From: Kiritimatiellia bacterium
GTDB lineage: Bacteria; Verrucomicrobiota; Kiritimatiellia; RFP12; UBA1067
Length of the DNA stretch: 64,000 nucleotides
Direction: 5' to 3'
Assembly (NCBI GenBank): GCA_050949565.1
Contig: JBMNFY010000017.1
Span: 224,001 to 288,000, forward strand
Below are positions 56,270-64,000 of the stretch, in pieces. The position numbers and the translations under genes are program-made. Below the pieces are notes generated by a model. The model saw nothing but the letters and a program-made list of their open reading frames with translations, ran no database searches and was not told the DNA's origin. The number at the start of each line of letters is the position of its first letter. The stretch's first letter is position 1.

Positions 56270-59200
56270 TTACCTCAGGAAGAGGATCGAGCCAAGGAGC
56301 GTATTGATCGTGAGCTTGCCGTTGCTGAGGAAGAGGTACTTGCTCTCATCCAACACGTTGCCCTGCGCGTCCATCAGCACCAGCGTCGGCTTGGCCCCTA
56401 CCCAGGTCGCTCCGGTGAAGTCGGCCAGAAGCGTCGAGCCGCGCGGTACGGGCGTCGGCACGACCACGGTCAGCACACCGCCAGGGGCAGCCACCGCACC
56501 GGTCACCACCAGCTTGGCACCGCTCCCGATCGTCAGGCGCTCCAGCCCCAGCACACCGGTACCGGTTCCGTTGGCTGCCACGTTCACCGTTGCTGTGCCC
56601 GCCGCAACCGTCACGTTGCTGGCCGCGACCTCATAATCCGCATTGTCCATCGATCCAGCGGCAGGTGACACGTTAAGGGTTGCGCCGTCCCCAAGATTGA
56701 ACCCGCCAAGCGAGAACGCGGCATTGTCTTCAATGAGTAGTGCCGTCAACGCGCCGCTCTGCCCATCCGCGACCGAGACCGTGTTGGCGTAGTCGGTCGA
56801 TGCCGGCACCGCGTCAACCATCGCGAAATCGCCGACGAACTGCTGGGCGGTTGCGCCGCCGGTCCCGCCGGTGAAGCCGACGTATGCACCACCTCCGCCG
56901 AACATCGCATACAGATCCACAATGCGCTCCGCCATGTAAACCTTTTCGCCTTGAGTCACGGTTACGATCAGTTTGATGCCGTCATAGACGACATCCACAT
57001 CCACACCAGCCACCAGATCGAGCCCGTTGATCGCGGTGGTGGCGTCCACTCGGGCGCCATTCTCGATCCAGCCGATGCTGTCGGCGTTGTAGATGTTGAA
57101 GAAGAGGCCGATCGAAGGCGTGATCCCATTCACACCGATTTCTCCGCCGCTCGCGCCCAGCGCCGTGAGGCCGCGCCCATCGTTCTGCAGAATGAAGGCG
57201 AAGCCGTCAGCCGGACTTGTCATCTTGTCGCCGGTTTCGTAGCGGAACGAGGCGTACCACGGCAGGTGCGGCGCCGCGACCTGCGTGTTGCAGTAGGCGC
57301 TGCCAGCCAGGCTGCCCGCATTCGCCGTGAGTTGCAGCCACTGGGCGTCGTAGCGTGTCGCCCATGTGGCCGACCCGTTGCGCGTCCACTCGGCCTGATC
57401 CAACGGATGCGCCAGTTCATTGGTGCCCGGCGTGACAGACGGTTGGATTGCGAGGGTTCCGCCGTCCAAGGCCACGTCACCGCCGCCGCCCAGCGCGGCC
57501 GGCGAGGCGACCCGCACGGTCGCGCCGCCCTCGACGCGCGTCGTGCCCGCATAGGTGTTGGCGTTATTCAGCACCAGCGTGCCGGTGCCGGAGACCACGA
57601 GCTCGCCGTCGCCGACCAGGTCATCCATCAGACCGCTCTGGTAGCGCGTTCCCGAGGTCTCGACCTCGACGGCCGCGGTGTTCGTCACAATCACCGCGTC
57701 GCCGAGCGTGGCGCCCGGGGCGAAGGTCAGCCGGCCGTTGTTGACCAGCACCGTGCCGGCGAAGACACTGGCTGACGTGACGTACACCTCGCCAGGGCCG
57801 TCCAGCACGATCAGACCGTTGCCCGAGATCATGCCGTCGACCGTCACCACGCCGGCGCGGTCAAAGGCCAACGTGCCGCCGGCGTCAACCGCCACGGCCG
57901 CGCCCGTCCCCAGTGCGCCGCTCAATCCGCCGTCGCCCACGCGCAGCGTGCCGCCGACCACCGCATAGCCGCCGGAATAGGCGGCATTGCCATCGGTCAG
58001 CGTCAATGTTCCCGGACCGTCCTTCTGGATGAACGCGCTCGCCGATCCGACGAAGCTGCCGGCGAAGAGCGTGTCGGCTTCCTGATCGATCACGACCGCC
58101 GCGTCGGTGCTCAGATTTACCACGCTGCCAGCTTCGCCCGCGAGCCCGCGTAACGCCGCACCGCTGAAGAGGATCGCCTGCGGCAGCAGGTTGGTCGTGC
58201 CGCCCGGGTAGGCGATGAAGGCGCGCAGCGCGTTGCCGCCGATGTTCTCGCGATAAAGGATATCAATATCGTGGAAGCCAGCCGTTAGCGCGATCGAGCC
58301 GTAGCGCGCGGTCACGCCCTGGTCGTAGCCGTTGTTCACGACCAACTGGCCGTTGATATAGAGCATGCTGCCGTCATCGCTGGCCGTGCCGAACGCATAG
58401 GTACCGGTCTGGCCGAGGAAAATCTTGCCGGACGCATGGAAGTCATAGAGGTCACCCTGCGCGCCGCCACTTTGCTTGTACCGATCAGGCCATTTTGAGC
58501 CGTCCGTGCCAGTGTCGAAATTGGTGCCGAGCATCAGCGAGTTGGTCACATAGTTGGGCCCGCCCGGGAAGGTCGATGCCAGATAGGTGTACCACGCGTC
58601 CAGCGATTGAAACTCACCGTACTCCGCGTCCGACGCCGAGCGGTTATAGAAGCGCATCTCAAGCCCCGTGCGCCCGAACACCTCGGCCGCAGTGCCGGTT
58701 GCCAGCGAAAGCGTGCCGAGCACGCCCGCGCCGTTGGTGAGCACCACGCCGCCGGCGCGCACATCCAGCACACCGAAGTAATCGCTATTGCCGGAGTCGA
58801 ACGTCAGGATTCCCGTGCCCTCTTTCACGACGCGTCCCAAGCGGTTCGATCCGAGGAAACCGCCGCAATAGGTCATGTCGGCGTCGTCGGTCACGCGCAG
58901 TGTGGCCGCGCCCAGGTCCGTGAAGCGCACCGCGCCATCCGCGCCGTCCAGCGTCCCGACCCGCGCCTCGCCCGAGTCTGTCCCGGTGTAGAGCAGATTG
59001 TTGGGAAGCTCCCGCAGCGCCACGGCGCCCGGCGGCCTGAACCACACGGTCAGCCCCTGGTCGCCGCTCGCCTCGAAAAAGGCGATGGCGATCTGGTGCA
59101 TGCCGGCCTCCAGTTCGACGTAAGTCACGACATTGCTGTCGCCCGGCGTATAACTCTGCATGGCGTTGTTGTCGACGACCATCTGCCCGTCGATGAAGAG

Positions 59201-62200
59201 CACGCTGCCGTCGTCGCTGGCTGTGGCAAAGCCGTAGCTCCCGCTCGTTTGCGCCGCGAAAAGTCCCTCCCACAACACGGCGAAGTTGCTGGTGTCCTTC
59301 ACATTATAGGGTGCCGGGAAGCGCGAGCCGGTATTCAGCGCGTTGAAGGTAGCGCCAAAGCCAGTGCTGTTATGGACGACATTCGGCGTCTTTCCGCTCA
59401 GGAAGTTGGTCACTGCGGCGTAGGACACGAAGTCGCTCACGGAAGGGACTGCAGCCAGCGTGTAGTATTCGCCGATCAGGCCTTGTGTGCCGAACGCCAC
59501 GCCCAGCGTGCCGCCGGCAGTCTCGACCACACCGGTGACCGCAGTATTGCCGAACAGCTCCAGCGTTCCCGCGCGGATCTCGGCGTTGGCAAAGGATCCG
59601 TCCGGATGGGTTAGCCTCTGCGTCCCGCCGCCGACTTTAATCACATCGAGCTGCGGATCGGTGGTGCCGGCGAACGAGGCCGTCACGTTGTCCGCGCCGA
59701 CATAGAGCGCCGTGGTGGTGCCCACGCTGTCCTTGACCTGTCCGGCACCGTTCAGGCCGCCGACCTGCAGATCGCGCCCATCGGTCTCCAGCGTCGCGCC
59801 GGCGGCGATCGTCACCGCCCCTTTGCCGGCCCCGCTGGGCAGGACATTGGTTGCGGTCACGCGCAACGTGCCGGCGTCGATGTAGGTGACGCCGCCGTAG
59901 CTGTTCTGTCCGGAGAGCGTGAGCGTGCCGCTCCCCTCTTTGCGCAGCGAACCCGCGCCGGAGAAGGGATAAGAGAGGGCCCAGTCGCTGTTGTAGTTGA
60001 GCGCAAGCGTTCCGTTGACCGCGAAGGTGCCGGCGGGCGACCAACTGAAATTTGCGCCGTCGCCGATCCTCAGGTTGCGTCCCGACGGGATGTCGAGCAG
60101 TCCGCTGTAACTGTTGTTCGCGCCGGCGAAGGTCACCCAGCCGCCGTCGGTGGCCGTGATTTTCCCTGACCCCGCCAGATTGCCGGCAACGGTCATGGCA
60201 AAGCTGCCCCACGGATGCAGCTCGAGTCCGCCCGGGCCCACCGTGACGCCGCGGTTGGCCGGCAGAGTGAAGTTGGCGTTGCCGCTGCGGATCACGCCGT
60301 TGTCCACATAGAGATTGTCCGGGTCGGGCGCGGCCGGCACGGCACCCAGTCCGTCCTCTTTGATGAAGAGCACCCCGCGGTTCGTCACCACCGTGCCGCC
60401 GGAGTAGGTGTTGCCGCTCTTCAGCTCCACGATGCCGGGCGTGCCGATGACCACGCCGGTCGCTTCGGCGCCGTCGGCCAGATTGCTCACGGAGAGCCCG
60501 CGGTTGGACGCACTGACGTAAACCTGATTGCCGCCGCCGAGCAGATAGGTGTCGGTCGCGGCCGCCGGCGTCAGCGTGCCAGCATAGTCGAGGCTCAGCT
60601 CGGCCGCGCCCACCGTGAGGCCGGGATGGTTGCTGAGGTCGATGTTCTGCGCCGCGTTGGCGCTGCCCAGCAGCAGCACGCCGGAGGAGCCAGACGTGAT
60701 GCGTCCGGTGACCAGCGCGTTCACGTCCATCGCCGCGGTCAGGCGCAGGACCGCGCCGTGGCTCAGGTCGATGTCCGGCACGCCGGGTGTCCCCTGCACG
60801 CCGAGCGCGTTAGCGTGAGCCAGCGTCACCGTCGCGCCATCGATCTCTGCGCCGCCGGTGAAGGTGTTGTTGCCCGCGAGCGTCATGCCGCTGCCGTTCG
60901 CGCCGATGACGGTCAAATGGCCGGGCGTGGCGCCGGCGTCGGCGATCACCGCGTCGTAGACGACTGTGCCGCCCTCGGTTTCAAAGGTGTAATCGCCCTG
61001 ATACGGGGTGAAGGTGCCGGTGTACGTCAGCGCCCCCACAAAGGCCAGCCGCAGATCCGGGAAGGACGAAAAATCGACGGCATCCGCGGCATTGGCCGGG
61101 AAGAGGGCGAGCGCGCCCTTGGATGCGGGATCCATGCGCGCCAGCAGCAGGGCCGGACCGCCCGCAGCGGCATAGCCGATCGCGGCATCCGCCGTGTTGG
61201 TCAGCGTGACCGTGCCCGCGTAGCCGGCCGGCAACCCGTTGGTGTGGCTGAAGAAGAGGTCGCCGGCCAAGACATCGATATCGCCGGTGAAGGTGTTGGC
61301 GCCGGCGAAGGTGATCCGTCCCGCGCCGCTCTTGGTCAGGCCGCCGCCGATGCTGGCCGGGTCTTCGGTCAGGGCCTGCGCCGCCGTAACCGCGACACCG
61401 GCGGGCACGCTGAAGGCCGCACCGCCGGCCTGCACGCGGGCCGCCGTCAGGTTGTACATGAAATCGGTGCGCGAATTCACGGCCTCGACCGTGCCGCCGT
61501 TCAGGAACAGCAGATTGGTGCCGGCCGTGGCAGACGCATAAAGCCGCTGCGCGCGGAGGATGCCGCCGTTCAGGGTGACTGCTCCGTACGCAGCGTTGGT
61601 GGCTGTGCCGGTGCTCCACACGAGGCTGTCGGTCGCGTTAACCAGACCGCCGTTGACCGTGATCTCACCGCGCGCGCCGTTGGCGTTGACGACAAGATTC
61701 TTGCCGGGCAGGCGGCAGCCGAGTTCGCCGCCGTTGACCGTGACGGTCGCCTGCGCGCCGAGGCTGCTCGCCGCATAGAACCAGCCGTTGGACACAAAGG
61801 CGCCGCCGCCGTCACCCACTGTCAGACTGCCGACACTGCCGGCGCTGGCAGCCACGATCAGGTCGCGGTCCACATCGATCACCGCCGGATCGCCGCTGCC
61901 GCCGACCGTCGCCGTGGCATCGCCGCCGCGCACGCCCATGTTGAGGTTGATCGCGCCGCTGCCGGGCACCCGAAGATGGCCGTTGGCGACCGTCAGGGCA
62001 AACGCCGCATTGTCCGCCAGCTCGACAGAGGCCAGCGCACCCAGCGTCAGCTTCGCGCCGCCGCTGATCGTCAGGCCGCCGGCGGCCGGAAACAGATGAT
62101 TGAGCATCAGGTCGCCGGAGAGCACCGCGATGCCGCCGTTGTTGATCCAGACCGTTTCGCCGTTCTCGCCGACATTGCCGCCTTGCCAGTTGGCCGGATC

Positions 62201-63028
62201 GGCCCACGGCAGCGGTGTGCCCGCCGCGCCGGCCCAGATCGTCTGATACTGGCTGTTCTCAAGCTGATAGTTGGCGACGACCTGCGCCTCGCTGAGCGTG
62301 CCGCTGTGCACGCGCACTTTGGAGATCGACCCGCTGAAGAGCATCTGCCAGTTCTTGGCCCCGCGGTCCCAGACCCCGCCCAGGGCAAAGGGTGCCCCGC
62401 CGCGCAGATTGCTCACCGCCGGGGTCTTGGCAATGCGCAGCGAACCGTCGGCATAGAGCCGCTCGACGCCGGCGGCGTCGCGCGTGATCACGATGTGGTG
62501 CCACAGCCCGGCCATCGGCGGCGTGCCGTTCCAAGGAATGTTGCAACTCCCGTTGTAGTGCTCCACGGCGTTCCCGGCATCCGAGCCGTAACGGATCTCC
62601 ATGCAGGTGCCGTCTGCCGAGCCTGTCCACAACCCGCGGTCGGTCCAAGACAGCAGGTTCTCGGCCCCCTGCTGAAGCACCGGGTTCAGCACCCAGATCT
62701 CGGCGCTCCACACCGTATTCTCACCCAGCAGCGAGGCCGCCGGCGCGACGGTGTTGGTCATGATTGAGTTGGCCGAGGCCGCAAAGGTCACAGCCGGTGC
62801 GCCGCTGACACTGGCCTGATACACTGCGCCCGTACCCGCCATCGCCGGCACAAAATTCCCGCCCAGCGAACCGGCGTTGGTCCAGGCGCTCACCGCCGTG
62901 TCCGGCGTCCAGGCAGACAGCGACGCCGCATCCACATCCACGAGCAAATCGCCCGCAACTTTGAGTTGCGCGTGCGCCGCACAAACCGACACCAACAGAA
63001 CAATACCTGCCCTCAACCCAATTCTCAT
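56270..63028 (-). CDS. ~2250-aa secreted adhesin/lectin-like protein (LamG, autotransporter-associated beta-strand repeats, two PA14, legume-lectin domain), no beta-barrel
   Basis: GGAGG RBS, signal peptide; WHHIVIT..LYADG; repeated K.G.GTL.L...NTY.G; two F.TASDDGS.L.I.G; PADGFAFILQ..AYVGFTGGTGG; ends GSILFLR. Confidence 0.88.
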   Translation of the reverse strand: MRIGLRAGIVLLVSVCAAHAQLKVAGDLLVDVDAASLSAWTPDTAVSAWTNAGSLGGNFVPAMAGTGAVYQASVSGAPAVTFAASANSIMTNTVAPAASLLGENTVWSAEIWVLNPVLQQGAENLLSWTDRGLWTGSADGTCMEIRYGSDAGNAVEHYNGSCNIPWNGTPPMAGLWHHIVITRDAAGVERLYADGSLRIAKTPAVSNLRGGAPFALGGVWDRGAKNWQMLFSGSISKVRVHSGTLSEAQVVANYQLENSQYQTIWAGAAGTPLPWADPANWQGGNVGENGETVWINNGGIAVLSGDLMLNHLFPAAGGLTISGGAKLTLGALASVELADNAAFALTVANGHLRVPGSGAINLNMGVRGGDATATVGGSGDPAVIDVDRDLIVAASAGSVGSLTVGDGGGAFVSNGWFYAASSLGAQATVTVNGGELGCRLPGKNLVVNANGARGEITVNGGLVNATDSLVWSTGTATNAAYGAVTLNGGILRAQRLYASATAGTNLLFLNGGTVEAVNSRTDFMYNLTAARVQAGGAAFSVPAGVAVTAAQALTEDPASIGGGLTKSGAGRITFAGANTFTGDIDVLAGDLFFSHTNGLPAGYAGTVTLTNTADAAIGYAAAGGPALLLARMDPASKGALALFPANAADAVDFSSFPDLRLAFVGALTYTGTFTPYQGDYTFETEGGTVVYDAVIADAGATPGHLTVIGANGSGMTLAGNNTFTGGAEIDGATVTLAHANALGVQGTPGVPDIDLSHGAVLRLTAAMDVNALVTGRITSGSSGVLLLGSANAAQNIDLSNHPGLTVGAAELSLDYAGTLTPAAATDTYLLGGGNQVYVSASNRGLSVSNLADGAEATGVVIGTPGIVELKSGNTYSGGTVVTNRGVLFIKEDGLGAVPAAPDPDNLYVDNGVIRSGNANFTLPANRGVTVGPGGLELHPWGSFAMTVAGNLAGSGKITATDGGWVTFAGANNSYSGLLDIPSGRNLRIGDGANFSWSPAGTFAVNGTLALNYNSDWALSYPFSGAGSLRKEGSGTLTLSGQNSYGGVTYIDAGTLRVTATNVLPSGAGKGAVTIAAGATLETDGRDLQVGGLNGAGQVKDSVGTTTALYVGADNVTASFAGTTDPQLDVIKVGGGTQRLTHPDGSFANAEIRAGTLELFGNTAVTGVVETAGGTLGVAFGTQGLIGEYYTLAAVPSVSDFVSYAAVTNFLSGKTPNVVHNSTGFGATFNALNTGSRFPAPYNVKDTSNFAVLWEGLFAAQTSGSYGFATASDDGSVLFIDGQMVVDNNAMQSYTPGDSNVVTYVELEAGMHQIAIAFFEASGDQGLTVWFRPPGAVALRELPNNLLYTGTDSGEARVGTLDGADGAVRFTDLGAATLRVTDDADMTYCGGFLGSNRLGRVVKEGTGILTFDSGNSDYFGVLDVRAGGVVLTNGAGVLGTLSLATGTAAEVFGRTGLEMRFYNRSASDAEYGEFQSLDAWYTYLASTFPGGPNYVTNSLMLGTNFDTGTDGSKWPDRYKQSGGAQGDLYDFHASGKIFLGQTGTYAFGTASDDGSMLYINGQLVVNNGYDQGVTARYGSIALTAGFHDIDILYRENIGGNALRAFIAYPGGTTNLLPQAILFSGAALRGLAGEAGSVVNLSTDAAVVIDQEADTLFAGSFVGSASAFIQKDGPGTLTLTDGNAAYSGGYAVVGGTLRVGDGGLSGALGTGAAVAVDAGGTLAFDRAGVVTVDGMISGNGLIVLDGPGEVYVTSASVFAGTVLVNNGRLTFAPGATLGDAVIVTNTAAVEVETSGTRYQSGLMDDLVGDGELVVSGTGTLVLNNANTYAGTTRVEGGATVRVASPAALGGGGDVALDGGTLAIQPSVTPGTNELAHPLDQAEWTRNGSATWATRYDAQWLQLTANAGSLAGSAYCNTQVAAPHLPWYASFRYETGDKMTSPADGFAFILQNDGRGLTALGASGGEIGVNGITPSIGLFFNIYNADSIGWIENGARVDATTAINGLDLVAGVDVDVVYDGIKLIVTVTQGEKVYMAERIVDLYAMFGGGGAYVGFTGGTGGATAQQFVGDFAMVDAVPASTDYANTVSVADGQSGALTALLIEDNAAFSLGGFNLGDGATLNVSPAAGSMDNADYEVAASNVTVAAGTATVNVAANGTGTGVLGLERLTIGSGAKLVVTGAVAAPGGVLTVVVPTPVPRGSTLLADFTGATWVGAKPTLVLMDAQGNVLDESKYLFLSNGKLTINTLLGSILFLR

Positions 63029-63073
63029 AATACGCCTCCACATCTGATTGGCCGTCTGCCAATTTAATCATGA

Positions 63074-64000
63074 GAGGCTCTTGCAAAACCCCCACACCGC
63101 AACGCCTGACGGCCTGCGGGCGGGACGTCTTGTCAGCGAACCATCCCACCGCCCGGCGCGGCCGGGCATGACGCTCCGCCCCACGCCGCGTCGCCTTCTG
63201 CACGGCACCATACCGCGCCCAAAACAAACAGGGGTATTGTCGCACATTCCGGGGTGTTTGTCTACCCCCCCCCCGATTTTTGTTGTATCTTGTTGCCGCG
63301 CAATATGTTACAATGCCTCCATCATCCGTAAGGACGGAAAAACAAACGCGGAAAGGAGACAAAAACGCATGAAGGAAACGCGACATCAACCCCCTCTGGG
63401 CCAGTTGTGGAACAGCATCCAGTCATGGCTCTTCCCGATGCTGGAGGACGAGATCGGGGAACTCGACGAGAAGCACCGCCAGTTCGTCGCGGTCTGCGAG
63501 CTGTGCGCCCCGCAGGATCACATGGGCGCCTACCGCTGGTGCGGCAACGGCTGCCCGCCGTGCGACCGGCTGGCGATGTGCAAGGCGTTCATAGGCAAGG
63601 CCGTCTGGAACTTCGACACCACGAGCGGCCTGATCGACGCCATCCGCCACCGTCCGGCCCTGCGCCGGCTGTGCGGCTGGGAGACGCTCGGCGAAGTGCC
63701 CTCGGCGTCGACCTTCTCGCGCGCCTTCGCCGAATTCGCCAAAAACGGGTGCCCGCAGGAAATCCACGAGGCGATGGTCAAGGCCCGCTATGGCGACAAG
63801 CTCGCCGGGCACGTCAGCCGCGACGCCACCGCGATCCGCGCCCGCGAGAAGGCCGCGGCCAAGCCGGAGACGGCCCCCGCCCCCGAGCGCGGCAAACGCG
63901 GCCGGCGCAGGAAGGGCGAGCCCCCGGCGCCGCCGCCGGATCCGACACGGCTGCAACTGCAGCTCAACCGCGGCTTGAAGGAAAACCTGGCCGACCTGCC
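63074..64000 (+). mobile_element. IS1182/IS5-like insertion sequence (left part)
   Basis: Putative left IR GAGGCTCTTGCAAAACC at 63074 followed by a transposase ORF. Confidence 0.75.
63369..64000 (+). CDS. Transposase, IS1182/IS5-like (3' truncated by window edge)
   Basis: MKETRHQPPLGQLWNSIQSWLFPMLEDEIG...LRRLCGW....VPSASTFSRAF...HVSRDATAI. Confidence 0.85.
   Translation, partial: MKETRHQPPLGQLWNSIQSWLFPMLEDEIGELDEKHRQFVAVCELCAPQDHMGAYRWCGNGCPPCDRLAMCKAFIGKAVWNFDTTSGLIDAIRHRPALRRLCGWETLGEVPSASTFSRAFAEFAKNGCPQEIHEAMVKARYGDKLAGHVSRDATAIRAREKAAAKPETAPAPERGKRGRRRKGEPPAPPPDPTRLQLQLNRGLKENLADL

Overview
GC-rich bacterial chromosomal window, most likely from a PVC-superphylum anaerobe (Kiritimatiellae/Lentisphaerae/Verrucomicrobia-like). 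This taxonomy is inferred from the 'RFYRV' C-terminal domain, the passenger-only autotransporter-repeat proteins and the repeat families. Left to right: (1) the 3' end of an AhbD-like radical SAM/SPASM gene, then a repeat-dense accessory patch (orphan AbrB antitoxin, decayed PIN toxin, lower-GC lipoprotein, IS4-family element with a mutated catalytic Asp); (2) rtcB, a spermidine-synthase-like/TPR membrane protein, MscS, a DUF432-like gene, a BioB-like radical SAM gene and a DtxR-regulated feoAB/porin operon; (3) a ~27 kb block of very large secreted lectin/adhesin-like proteins mixed with CAZymes (GH28-like, GH2, esterase fusion), a SWIM-SNF2 helicase and a BspA-type LRR protein; (4) the core cluster ispE-tRNA-Gln-prs-rplY-pth-rpsF-ssb-rpsR-rplI-dnaB, then trkH-metY-trkA and yceH; (5) an SGNH hydrolase, a 2250-aa surface protein and the start of an IS1182/IS5-like element. 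Main leads: all four giant barrel-less surface proteins end in the same 7-residue motif G-[TSI]-h-h-x-h-[RQ]-COOH (h = hydrophobic), a candidate sorting/secretion signal. A 28-bp site plus chains of direct repeats bracket single accessory genes like cassettes. A 101-bp REP-carrying MITE, with ends matching the resident IS, sits in frame in a signal peptide. Product calls come from motif recognition only; no database searches were run.
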